64,000 bases of DNA from Guillardia theta CCMP2712 (taxonomy: Eukaryota; Protista; Cryptophyta): assembly GCF_000315625.1 (NCBI RefSeq), contig NW_005434538.1, positions 14,166 through 78,165 on the forward strand. Direction: 5' to 3'. The position numbers and the translations under genes were made by a program. Of the stretch, positions 9,855 to 22,029 are shown in pieces (the first letter of the stretch is position 1; each line of letters opens with the position of its first letter). Below the pieces are notes generated by a model. That model ran no database searches. It worked only from the letters and a program-made list of their open reading frames with translations, and had not been told where the DNA came from.

Positions 9855-10226
9855 TTGTTGCAGGGTAAAGCTGCCGAGAAGCAGGGAGACTTGTGGAGGA
9901 CAGAAAAGTGGAAGAGGAAGTTCCAAGAAGGAACAGTGCGGGTGGGCGACAACATATCATACCGTCCGGCGAAGCAAGAGGCGGTGAGCTTTGAACATGG
10001 AGAGGAAGGTGTGTGGAGACTTCAAGTGACATCTGAGCAGAGGGAAGGCAAAGTGATTGAAGGGGGGAAAATAGAAGAGAAAGGCAGAACATTCGCAGAT
10101 GTGTTGGAATTCTTCCGATCCGGAGGTGATGAAGCGCCTGTGGCGAAACTGCGAAGTGTGTATATCAACAGAGATGGGAAGAACATTATTTCAGTTCACG
10201 ATCTCTTGAAGCAAGAAAAGGATTAA
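9855..10226 (+). CDS. Terminal exon of GREB1-like protein copy 1, probable RAMA-like domain
   Basis: Linked in frame by introns 9497-9554, 9588-9629 and 9819-9863. The sequence EGTVRVGD...GKVIEGGKIEEKGRTFADVLEF...SVYINRDG..SVHDLL fits the RAMA pattern by eye. Confidence 0.6.
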   Translation: MLQGKAAEKQGDLWRTEKWKRKFQEGTVRVGDNISYRPAKQEAVSFEHGEEGVWRLQVTSEQREGKVIEGGKIEEKGRTFADVLEFFRSGGDEAPVAKLRSVYINRDGKNIISVHDLLKQEKD

Positions 10227-10456
10227 ACGCTAGTACCACTGAGATAATCAAAGTGATAATAAAACGCTAGACTTGTACTACTGAAGACTCGCACCGGCTC
10301 CTGACTCGGAGTCGACACTGAAGGCAGGGCCCGGGCCCCTGGGCCCCGCGGCCCGGGCCCCGGGCATATGAAACTTTCAAACTTCGGGATCAGCGGCTGG
10401 ACTTTTCTCGAAGTTTCAAAGTTTTGGGGTTTAGACGCTACTACACCTGGGCATGC

Positions 10457-11691
10457 ATGGCAGGGTGTCTGCCCTTGGCCATGTCCATGGGATGGACGCT
10501 GTGCGCAGTGCTGGGATGCATGAGGGTGAGGCGGAAGAAGAACAAGGAGAGAAAGAAGAAGATGGCATGGCTTCATGAAGATCTGAACGATCCCGAACAC
10601 GTAGAGGAAGGACTGATTCGAGCTGACCAACCCCTGGAGGGCAGGCGCAAGAGCTCCTCCTTCTTGTCGAGAGCACGATCATGGTTCAGCCGAGAGTCCT
10701 CCAAGGAAAGTCCTTCACTCTCAGATGTCAGTGACTCTCATGCTCGCTGCACTTTTATCGTTGACCCTCTACTGATCAACTCGTGATTTCAGAGCAACGA
10801 AGGCCAGGTCGAAGTTAACCTCGAAGCAAGCAGCAAGGCCCTGGAAAACTGGCGGATGTTCTCCGGAGTCGGCTAGGCGATGAGAAGAAGAGACAAGCTG
10901 AAGCTTTAGATGGAAAGGGGAGCTCCGAACGCAAGGTTGGGCAAGACCTGGCACATTCGAAGAGAAAGAATGGAATGCATCTATCCAATGGGTGCGCGCC
11001 TGATGACAGAGTTAGGATGGAAGGGATTCACGATGATCGAGAAGACAGTACACATCCCCCCTCATCTGCCCACCCCTTCCTAATACAACCACAGATCTCT
11101 TGTTGAAACACAGCAAACCAGCCGAGGGGAAATGGAAGTCCATGGAGAAGCGACGCCAGATGCGTTTGAAGAAGCAGCAGAAGCTCTGGGAGCAAAGTAA
11201 AAGAACTGACATTTTATGTTTGTTTGCTGTCTTTCTCACTCTGCTTGCAACCTATCAGGGGAGAAAATGCATTGGATTGCGACAGAGCGAGAGCACAATG
11301 CCAAGCTTTCCGCTGCACTGGACTCACGAACCAAACACGTACAGTACATACTTTCCCAACTTCCCAAAGATGCACTCACTGCATCGTGGCATGCTCTTCT
11401 CTTTCTTTCGCTACGTTTGCATGTCTTCAATGTCCCACGTCAGCTTCTAAGAGATTTTGACTTGAGATCGAGCAGCATGTGGACATCAATCCAGGAGCCG
11501 CTGCCCCGGACGAAGACCTCAAGGATGGGAACTACAAGTTCGGACCTCACTGGTCCATCGGAGGCTCTCAGCCGGAGATGGTGTCTGCTGCTGACCCCAA
11601 GGAGGAAGCATCGTTGCATTTCGAAGACAAGCTCACGGATTCAGACAGCGGTGGTGATGCTCAGAATGTGGAGAAATCGAATTCATTGTGA
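10457..11691 (+). CDS. Hypothetical multi-exon protein with N-terminal hydrophobic anchor and basic stretch
   Basis: MAGCLPLAMSMGWTLCAVLGCMRVRRKKNK..., followed by coding-like segments separated by ~50 nt intron-like pieces and ending ...VEKSNSL*. Exon structure not resolved. Confidence 0.4.
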
Positions 11692-13241
11692 AATGATGGA
11701 ACGATGCTGGTCGACTCTCTTCAAGAACAGGGAAAGATGGAAAATTCCCTATGTCGTGAGGACATCAACAAGTCCAGTCGCGCCGTTTAGCTAGCTGGTT
11801 TGTTTGTATAGCAAATGCCAAAGTTATATCCTAGGTAGCGGGCATCCCTCCAAGATAGCCTGTGTACGTGTAAATATGGAGAGAAAGAAATGAATGTATA
11901 TGCTGTACTCTTCTTCTCTGTGCTTGCAGATCCTTCATCATAGCCAGCGCTCCTCCAATTTTGTTCCCGTGTGCGGAGTCCTTGTACATCAATGCGGACA
12001 CACGTGCTTGCCTGAGGCAAGGTGAGCATTCCACAGGAGACTACAAGAGTAGTCGCTGCGTTACCCGTCCAAGTGCTGGCACACCAGATCTGGAACTGAG
12101 ATGGGCTTTGGTCTCGTGGAGCCGAACATGTTCAGCCCTGCAACATTCAACTATTACCGGCAATGACTGACAGAGCCATGCTAAAATAATCACTCCCTGT
12201 CACGTGCTATGCTGCTTCCCTCGCTGAAGCTCTCACATTCCAATCCTTCATCCTTCTAATCCTCTCACTCAACCTCCTTGGAGAAATATCCTAATCTTCG
12301 TCCCTCCCTCAGTATCTTGTCTTTCCCTCCAGAGTTAATCAAGCTCGTGCACATCTACAAACATCTACGTGTTGTCTCTAGGAATCAATGGAGAGAAAGA
12401 AAACGATGTATCGAAGCAGCAGCCATGCGTTTGAGCTGACTCATTCTGGGCATTAGTGCATCCTCATCCGCGTCCTCTCGTCAAGATTTTGTCACATGCT
12501 CTCCTCCCCTCTCCTCCCCTCTCCTCTCCTCTTCTCCCCTCCCCTCTCCTCTCATCTCATCTCCTCACCTGGCAACAAGCTCCCAGCATGATACATCAGC
12601 TGACTCGCAACCATTCAGGTGAAACCCCGAAAATAACAGAAAACACTTCAAGTTCGCATCAGAGCTATTGATAGTAAAACAAAAAGGCAGTGAAATTAGA
12701 GCTATTGATTCTCCTCCCTGTCCCGACCCGAATAAACATACCGTTACATGAATTTGTAACGGCAGAGGATGGCATGCGGCCATGAACACTGACAGCAATG
12801 GTCGTTAGCTGGGCACTCTGCGCTACGTCCTGCCATGCTCTGCTCCTCCTAGCTAGCCTGCTGATACTGCGCATGCTCGTTCTTCTTCCTGTGATGCCTC
12901 TCCTGCTCCATGCAAGTTCTTCTGGCCCTCAGATGTGAAGGGTGCTACATGAACTTGTGTTATATTTGATGTGAGGCAGGACGACATCGAATCTCTCTCC
13001 TTTACTTGTGCTCATGTGAATTATGAGAATGTCAATCATCTTGGTTTGAACCTTTCATACCAAGATTTGACGTTTCATTGCTCGAGACAAACATTCATGC
13101 GTTGCACTTCCGACATGAGAATGTGTGTAGTGCTCCCCAATATCTTGGGAATGCATACCTTTCGTTTTGAACCGAGTGACTTCTAGAGGAGGATGATCTG
13201 ACACCCATTCTCTCTCAGGAAAGTTCATTTGGTCTGAACAG

Positions 13242-13604
13242 ATGGCCTTCAGAGCAACGAAGGTGCTTCTGGGTGTCCGCTTGCCGGATTACTCTCTACC
13301 TTCGCAGGCTATCCTGCGTGCGATTCAAGAGAGTGGGCCCTTGACTGTGGCTCAACTATGGGAGAAAATGTCTCAGGGCGACAAGTTCAAGACCAAGAAT
13401 CACATGAAGAGGGTGATTGACGTATTGCGCGAGCAGCAAAGAGTTGTTGCCAAGCCGGTGGATCGCACCGTGAAGAGGTCTCCTCATGCGTATCATCTCG
13501 GCCTTAAGCCCAAGATAGTGGATGCAAATGGAAATCTGATCGAAGTCAATGTGAGTAAGGCAACCTCAGGATCTGCAAACGAACAAACGATGGGAACTCA
13601 ATGA
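13242..13604 (+). CDS. Small winged-helix-like protein resembling mitoribosomal mL80-type proteins
   Basis: ILRAIQESGPLTVAQLWEK...KTKNHMKRVIDVLREQQRV resembles the GPLT..W...SKTHMK family. The N-terminus is basic and lacks acidic residues for 15 aa, like a mitochondrial presequence. Confidence 0.55.
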   Translation: MAFRATKVLLGVRLPDYSLPSQAILRAIQESGPLTVAQLWEKMSQGDKFKTKNHMKRVIDVLREQQRVVAKPVDRTVKRSPHAYHLGLKPKIVDANGNLIEVNVSKATSGSANEQTMGTQ

Positions 13605-13783
13605 TGTTTACGTGGTAAGAAGAGAATTTGTTGATGTAGATAGATGAGCCTTTCCTGGTCTTGGCGGTGATGCTCGCACCTCGATGAATAGAAAGGAAGT
13701 AAGCGACCTGACCTCTTGTGCACCCGCGCTGCTTCAGCCCCCTGTACTCACAACCATGTCGACTTGAGCTTGCCTCACTGATA

Positions 13784-15433
13784 TCAGAAGTTGCGGAAAG
13801 CCATTCGCGGCTGCTGAAACTGAGGGTACATGCCGGTGGGAGGAACAGGCATTCCCATGCTCATCGCCACGTTGGGTCGGTTCACAGCATAGCTTGTGAC
13901 GGCTTGAGGTGCAAGCATTGCTCCCTGGCTCGTAAAATTGGCGGCGACACCTTGCTGCATGTTCGAGTATATGACAGGCGGCATGCGCTGGCGAGGAGTG
14001 ACTGCGGTCACTTGCGGGGTCTGGATGTAGTTGATCTGCTTGGACGGCATAGCTTGATTTGTCATCAGCACCGGCCTTGTCTGCAAGAACTCTCTTTGCG
14101 GGGGCTTGGTGGTGATGTACTGCGGTTGCCTGGGCGTCTGAACTTGTTGAGGGAGGGGAGCGCTTGCTTGTCGCATGTGCTGCTCCATGCTGTTGTTGAG
14201 CATCCAGTTGCCGGGGGCCTGAGGTAGCTGTTGAGGCATGTAGGACCCCGGGTACTCCAAGACTCGCTCCTCCTCATCAAATTCTGCTGCGCAATCGCGC
14301 TGAATGGTAGCAACACGTTTGTCCGTTCTTACTTTGACCATGCTCCCGACCCTCCCCTGGTGAGTTCCGAGGTCAGCTGGAGCGTCCTGGATGGCACAAA
14401 CGCACCGAGAGCATTCGCCGCACAGCATTCTCGCTGAGATGTCCTTGGATTGGCTGGTCGTCGACCTCTAGAAGAATCTCTCCGAACTGACAAGAGAGTT
14501 TGTGATGAACAAGAAACGAAAACAAGAAACGAGGAACGAGGAACGGGAAATCGCTTCACCTGCAGCACCTGCTCTTCTGCCGATGAATCCTGAGTCACAT
14601 TAGCGACAATCATCTGTCCGTTGGAGCTTCGTTGAACGGAAAATCCCACCATGGCAAGAATGTCCTGAGAGGGGTTCACAAACACCAACATGGTTTGACG
14701 GCTTGCCTTGTAAGCGTCGAGTTGTCCCGAGTCGTCATTGGACGAGCTTGCAGTTCTTCTTTGATGCATATCAGGAGCGTTCTGTGAGTTGACAGGTCCT
14801 CTCTCGAGTATGACCTCATACAGCTCACGGGTTCTTTCTGAGGAGGATACGGATCATCAGGGTGGGACAACAACAGCAGAGGAGGTGCCTGAAACGAAGC
14901 TCATCTTCACTTTCGAGCCCAAGGGACCTGGGATGTACTGCCGTAGTTGAGGTAACAGCATTCCTGACACGTTGACGTCGTTGACGGCTTGCAAGATGTC
15001 TCCTGGTTGAATTTTACCTTCGCAGGGTCAAACACCAGCCTCCAGCTGCCTCCCACAACGGTACCGTTGTGGCTCGCTGGACCGTTAGCGTACACTTCCT
15101 TCACAATGACATGAGGGTGAGAGTACATGTCTACGACCTCTGCGAAGAGAATCCCAACCTAGCATACCGTCACGACCCCTCCTCCCTCCCATCCCAGGCT
15201 CTCACCCCGCAGGTCCTGGTAGGATCGGCATACGGCTGTGCTGAGGAAGAGTTTGGAAACGCACTGAAAGAGTTTCTGAGATTTTTGACATTCTCCTCCA
15301 CGAACGGCTGCTGCTGCTGCTGCACCCCGCGATCAGACGAGTACAGGGGTTTGCTGTGCATCGGCTGTTCCATGTAGTTGCCCTGGACCTCCATTCCACC
15401 CCATTGCCCGACGTACGCAGGCTGAGAATTCAT
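13784..15433 (-). CDS. Multi-exon tandem PDZ-domain protein with Gln/Pro/Met-rich C-terminus
   Basis: VGILF...VIVKEVYANGPA...IQPGDILQAVND...IPGPLGSKV, then a second repeat VGFSVQRSSNGQMIVANVTQDSSAE...GRVGSMVKV. Confidence 0.72.
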
Positions 15434-16319
15434 CGAAACCTGTCGAGCATAAAGATCAGTTGCACAGTTGCTGCACGAAGGCACCAGCCGGAACTTCAGA
15501 GGGAACTAGAAAGTCAGCAAGAGGAAATCAGGTACATTTTGATCATGTTGTGATAAACAGTCTCAAACGTTGGAGATGTACAGCAGCGGGACAAGAAAGA
15601 TGGAGTGCATGTGAACGAAAAATGATGGGCAAGCACTGCTGCCATGAAACAGCAGGTGCAAACATGGATCTCGCATCGCATCCCTTTCTGTCTCGCCTCA
15701 GTCTCCAACCGTGTACCCTGCTGAACTTGAAACACGTTTACATCTGCTGCTTATCATTGAACTAAGGTGAAGGTACCATGGAAGATAAGTAAACAGCGCA
15801 AGGAGGTCTACTGCGGCTCTCCTCTACAATCATCACACGACTCGCGCCATCAGCCGCAGACTCTGACGGCGAGGGCTGTTCCCCGTGGCGGCAGCAACAT
15901 GGCTGAGGAGGCGCCGGTAGAAACGTTCGAATCCCAAAGTTTACTGATACTAGCGTCACACTGACACTGACTCCCGGACTCGGGCCCCGCTGATCGGATT
16001 TTCTAATCGAGTCCGAGAGTCATCTGAGTCACCCGTGCGTTCGGAGGCCTTACTAACACCAGTTTAGTTTGCCGGGGGACAGCAGTAGCCCGGGCAGGAT
16101 GAGGGTTCAATGGTTCTCGCTGTCTTTTCGCTGACGGCGTACTAGGCTGATTCGAGTAAAATGATGCCAGTAGTAGTAGTCACAGCTATCTACTTCGAAA
16201 TGAAAAATGACGTAACTGGGCTTTCAACTTATGACGTTCAGTACGGTTGGTGAGCTGGATTTGCAAATACTGCAGCAACTTACTGCAGCGGCCTGTCACT
16301 GACAGGCCGCGACTCGGCC

Positions 16320-16850
16320 CCGGGGGCAGGATACCGTACGGTACCGTCCGATCCGTCGCCAGTCAGGACCGCCGGGCGGAGGAGGCTGTCGGGGCAGGAT
16401 ACTCGCCAGTCAGGAGGCGAACCGGGAGCCAGTTAAGTCCGAGGAGGCGGACTCCGGGAGGAGCCTGTCACCGTGGCAATGTCGGGGGCAGGATCATCGG
16501 CGATGATCGGGCCAGGGAGCGGCGGCCTGTTGAGAGCCTCGAAGGATACTCGCCAGTCAGAAGGTCCGGGAGGCGGAGGCGGGGCAGGATACTCGCCAGT
16601 CAGGAGGGCGACGATCCGGGCCCGAACGAACCGTGATCGGACTCGGCGCCCGGCCTGTCGGGACTCGATACTCGCCAGTCACTGCTGAGGAGGCGGAGGA
16701 GCCTGTCCGGTCGGGACTCCCCGGGGCCTCAAAGCCTCGGATCAGCACTGAGGAAGCGGAGGAGCCTGTCGGGAGCCTCGACTGGAAGGATACCCTTCGC
16801 CAATCAGGAGGCGGACTCGGGAGCCTGTCGGGGCAGGAGGGCCCGGGGAC
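16320..16850. repeat. GC-rich degenerate repeat built on GGATACTCGCCAGTCAGGAGG and GGAGCCTGTC motifs
   Basis: The core motif recurs at about 16357, 16397, 16544, 16587, 16668 and 16788 with irregular spacing. Confidence 0.7.
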
Positions 16851-17552
16851 TTCATGATTGTCGTTACCGTTACTGAGACTGAGGGCCCGCGGCCGCAGTT
16901 TTTTGAAAGTTTTGCGGGACTTTATTAACCGCTTTTCAGCACTGCACGGTCACTATCCGATCACCGTCCGCCGATCACCGTGGCACCGTCCGACGCAGTT
17001 GGGCCCGGGCCGGTCAAGCCTCGCCGAACTCGGAAGGGGATGTGGGATTAATATTCTGATTTTAACTTAATATTCTTCACCCCCATTTGCTAGCCGTTTT
17101 TCACCCACTCCTAATGATGGGTGACCCTTTGTTGATTGTGAAACGGAACGGTTGGTTCAGCACGGGTAGTATTATGTCGAATATGACCGGTTGTTCTGGG
17201 CCTCGTTTTAATATATGTCCTACAAACGTGTAGGTTTAAAAATCACCCTCACGTCCCCCCTCTACTCCTCTCACGTCCCCCTGAAGAATCTTTCTCCCGT
17301 CCGAAATCACATCTCTTGGTACATTTCTCTCTAAGAGATGCGATATGGATGTCAGCTACACGGTTGGATTGCCTCCCTGGTCATAGAGGGTTCGCTGACA
17401 AGTCATGTTGTAAAGTGGGTCGTGTACATCCCACGTCCCCCACAACGTCCCCTTGAGGCCTGGTCATACGGAAATGTTCCGCCCCTCCCTGCCGTTTTTC
17501 AAGGAATCTTCACTTTTTGCCTGGCCATCTCAAGCAACAGCGGGAAGATACC

Positions 17553-20500
17553 ATGGCAGAACATCTGCATGCTCAAGATAGGGATGAGGCCAGATGGGCT
17601 CAGTCTACAATAGTCACAATCCAGGGTCAGGAAGAGACTCAGATTCGGCCTGTTCGAAGCTTGGAGACAAACGAACCACATGTTTCTGCCAGCGATCTCT
17701 TTGAAGTTGACGTGCACAAGAGAATGCCCCAGCTCACGCTTATGCAAGGGATGTTAGAACACGCTCAAAAGCTTGGCCCTTGCTACGTCACCCTCAAGGA
17801 TGTAAGGCTTGACGGAAACGCGGAGATTTCGCACGACGAATACCAGACTGTCTCATCTGCCATCCAGTCAATGCTTACTTCCTTCCTTCTCCAGGAGAAC
17901 CGCTCTAGCAAAAAGACTCTCCTGCACGATGTCACAACAGCTTTTGCACCTGGGAAGATCTGTCTTTTGATTGGTCCCCCACAAGCAGGAAAGACAACTC
18001 TGCTGAAACACATTTCGAATCGTATCGATAGCGACATCCAGGCCAAAGGAACTTTGCTGTATAATGGTGTTTGTCCAAGAAATGCATTGGTACCTCGGAT
18101 CGTTGCTTATACCCCACAAATTGACAATCATACTCCTGTTCTGACTGTCAAACAAACTCTCGAGTTCGCTTTTGACTGCACATCCTCTGCATTTGTCCGG
18201 CACGTTGCTCAAAAAGGTGGAGTAGATATCCCTCAAAACAAGGAGGAAGGCAGGGAGATGCGGAACAAAGTGAACGTGCTTCTGACGTATAGCGGGCTTG
18301 AGAACTGCAAAGACACTATAGTTGGTGATGGAGTTTTGCGTGGCATATCGGGTGGAGAGAAGAGGAGGCTTACACTGGCTGAGCAACTGGTTGGAACTCC
18401 AATGGTTCATTGCATGGATGAGATCACGACCGGTTTAGATTCAGCTGCTGCATATGATATCGTCAAGTCACTGGCAAATGCTTGCCACACCTTTCACAAC
18501 ACCAGTATAGTCTCTCTCCTGCAACCTCCGCCGGATGTCGTGGAGCTCTTCGATGAAGTTTTGGTCTTGGGGACTGGAGGGGCTCTTGTCTATCATGGAC
18601 CCGTGAGCCATGCGATGAAGTACTTCTGTGACGAAGTTGGCTTCTTCTGTCCAGATGACCTTCCACTTGCAGATTTTCTCGTTAGAGTCTGCAGCGAAGA
18701 AGCAGTCCAGCTGTGGCCTAGTTCTAAGGGCGAGCATCCGCCATCGTGCATTGAGCTGGCAGAGAGGTGGAAGAGGTCGCAAGCCTTCGAAGACGCCATC
18801 CTTCCTCGCTTCAAAGAAGCAGCGTCAGTCGGCCAGGACCTCTCGTCAAATCCAGTCAATCGCTTTCCATGGACCATTCCCTATGGCTCCTCCTACCTCA
18901 GGCTCATCACTTCGTGTGTCAAGCGATCCTCAACTGTCTTGATGAAAGACAAGACTTTAGTGCGAGGTCTGATCGTGCAGAGATTACTTCAATCTGTCAT
19001 GTTGGGAACAATATTTTGGCAGACAGACAACGATGCTATGAAAATTCCAATGCTCTTCCTTCTTGCCTCTTTGATGTCCATGAGCAACATGTATGTCGTG
19101 GATGTCACCATAGGAAAGAGATCTATTTTCTATAAGCATAGGGATTCTGGATTTTATCCAACGTGGATTTATGTGATGGCAGAGCTGCTTTCAGAGCTCC
19201 CTCTACAATTGCTGGAGGTTGTCATTGTTTCCTTCATCTCTTTTTTCTTTGTCGGTTTCCAGCTATCGACGTTCGGTGTCTTTTTCCTGGCAATCTTCAT
19301 GATTTCGATCTCTTTCACATCCGTTTTCAAGGCTATTTCAGCAAACACAAGAAAGGCGTCTACTGCACAAGGTCTTGCTATTGGGTTTGCAGCACTTTCG
19401 ATGTGCTTCTCTGGATATCTTGTGACGAAACAGAGCATCCCAGACTATTTTGTTTGGATCTACTGGATTGTTCCAACCCCCTGGATTCTGCGGATTTTGA
19501 CAGTGAACGAGTTCAAGTCTTCTGGGCAAAATGGAAGGTACGATAAGCTTGTGGTTCAGCCAGGAATGCCAGCTGTGAGACTGGGTGACATTTATCTGCA
19601 ATCGTTTTCAATACAGCAGGAGGAACACTGGATCTGGTTGGGCTTTATCTATCTGTCTGCTCTTATCGTTCTCTGTCAGCTCCTCTATGCTCTTGGTCTC
19701 CACTTCCGCAGGCTGGACTATGAACGGCCGATGATTGTCGAGCCCAAGAAGCCTCGCGGGGGTTCGGGTAAGGAAGGCGCTGTCCTTGATACGAGCATGG
19801 TGTCGTTTCTCTCGCAGGCTACAGCCCTGCAGGTCGACCGGGCTGCCTTGGAGCTTCTGGCAAGCGTTTCTCCTCAGCCTCCTGCCGTCTCTCTGGCTCT
19901 CAAAGATCTTGGTTACAGTGTGCGAGTGCCAGCACCCCCGGATGCGGGAGTGAAGTGGACGGAGAAGTCGCTGATCAACAACGTCAACGCTCTCTTCAAG
20001 CCCGGAACCATCACGGCTCTCATGGGCTCCTCTGGAGCTGGCAAGACAACTCTCATGGATGTGATTGCGGGACGGAAGACTTCAGGAACCATTTCTGGTC
20101 AGATACTCGTCAACGGCCACTTCCAGAACCTCAGAAGCTTCGCGAGGATTAGTGGGTACGTAGAGCAAACAGACATTCATATCCCAACGCAAACAGTGAG
20201 ATGTCCTGACTTGTGATGACTCCGTTGACTCTCTTGCTGCAGGTGCGAGAAGCACTTCTGTTCTCGGCGCGTCATCGATTGCCTGCAGAAACAACAGAAG
20301 AAGACAAGCAGAAGGTGGTAGAAGCTGTGATCGACCTGGTGGAGCTGCGTCCGATTCTGAACAAAGCCATCGGAGAGAAGGGGGTAGGGCTGTCTGTCGA
20401 GCAAAGGAAGAGGGTCACCATCGGTGTGGAGATGGTCGCAAATCCCAGCGTCCTCTTTCTTGACGAACCAACGTCCGGCTTGGACATCCGCGCGGCAAGA

Positions 20501-21940
20501 ATCATCATGCTTGTGCTACGGAGGATAGCCTTGAGCGGCAGGACCATCATCTGCACTGTCCATCAGCCTTCCCAGGAGATCTTCTGCATGTTCGATAATT
20601 TGCTCCTGCTCAAGAAGGGTGGCTGGACGGTCTACAACGGGGACCTTGGACCCTCCTACCAGCATCCTGTGACGGGAGAGCTGCGCTTCTCAGGGAAGAA
20701 CATGATCAACTTCTTCGAGAGCAGCTCAGAGAGGACCATCAAGTTCCAGGAGGGCATGAACCCAGCTGAATACATGCTCGACGTGATAGGAGCAGGATTG
20801 AACGTCAGGAAAGAAGAAGACGCTGTCGATTTCGTCCGTCACTATCAGGAGTCTCCACTTGCTCAACGAGTAATGAATGAGCTTCAGAGTCTCCTGCTGG
20901 GACAAGAGATTCATTTTCAAACAAAGTGCGCACTGGGAATAGTGGCGCAGTCGCTGCTGTCTGTTAGACGATGGGTTCGAAGCTACTGGAGGGACGTTGG
21001 CTACTCACTGAACCGCCTGATAGTCGTTGTCGGCATTGCTTTTCTCTTCTCTCTCAACATTGTGAGCTTGGATGTTTCGAAAATCAATGATCAGGCTTCT
21101 CTCCAGTCCTTCAACGGAGTTTTGTTTGCGGGGCTCTTCTTTACATGTGCTGTACAGACCGTCATGACTGTCGGGGTGATCAGCAACAGCAGGATTGTCT
21201 ACTACAAGGAGATCGCAGCGGGCATGTACGATCCGTTTGCTTTTCTCTTTGGCATCACCGTGGCAGAGATCCCCTACTTCCTCGCTGTTGTACTGCTGCA
21301 CATGGTCATCTTCTATCCTCTTGCCGGCCTGTGGACCTCAGCCGAGGACATCGCCATCTACGCGATCAGCCTCTTCCTCTTCGCCGGGGTCTTCTGCTTC
21401 TGGGGTCAGATGCTCTCTGCTCTCCTTCCCTCTGTGCACACCGCGTCGCTTGCTGCTGGGCCGACGGTCGGCATGATGGTTCTCTTCTGCGGCTTCTTCA
21501 TGCCTGAGTCGGCCATCCCCTATCCCTGGCGCATCCTCTACTACGCCTTCCCCGCACGCTACGGCCTCAAGGCTGCCATGCCGCGACAGTTCCGATGCGA
21601 CTTGACCTGCGTTGGGAGCGGGCCAGGGAGCTTCTCGTGCGACGACCCGAGCATGGCGGGGGTCGCGTCTCTGTCAGAATTTGGAGGGAAGGGGCCAGGA
21701 TGTAGTTTGATCATGGACAGGACGGGGCAAGTGACGATCAGCATGGGAGAGGAGTGGGCGAAGGAGAACCTTGGCAGCGCGGTGGTGCATCGCCTGACGG
21801 TTTGGGACTACTGGAGTATCACGACGGAATCGAACCTCGACGACGAGAAGCTTTTTATTGGGCTCCTTGTGGTCTTCCTTGCCGGTTTTCGCATCATCAC
21901 TTTCCTTGCTCTCAAATATCTCAAGCATCTCAAGAGATGA
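17553..21940 (+). CDS. Full-size ABCG (PDR-type) transporter, NBD-TMD-NBD-TMD; intron 20196-20242
   Basis: NBD1: GPPQAGKTT, ISGGEKRR, MDEITTGLDS. NBD2: GSSGAGKTT, LSVEQRKR, LDEPTSGLD. Each NBD is followed by a six-TM region. The intron joins PTQT|VREAL in frame. Confidence 0.96.
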
Positions 21941-22029
21941 GCTGTTCTGGAGAATTATGCCTGTCATAGTAGCAAGTTGATTTGTTGCAGCGCACGTCTG
22001 AACCGCAATAAACGATACAAAACAACAAT

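Larger units (their letters stand above)
1..10226 (+). repeat. Left arm of a >=10.2 kb inverted segmental duplication (partner 37347-47627)
   Basis: Window start ATCTTCCTGGTTTCTTCTGCTCACTATC is the reverse complement of 47600-47627. The ORF series 584/948/1305/123 aa mirrors 584/949/1302/129 aa. Similarity ends at the stop codon (AAGGAT-TAA vs AAGGAT-TGA). The arm probably extends left of the window. Confidence 0.97.

Noticed and set aside
11787-12910. Possible minus-strand gene fragments
   Set aside because: Some exon-like pieces are present, but no consistent frame or recognisable motif could be assembled.
16320-16850. CRISPR-like array
   Set aside because: Spacing is irregular, the spacers are themselves repetitive, the repeats are degenerate, there are no cas genes and the context is eukaryotic.
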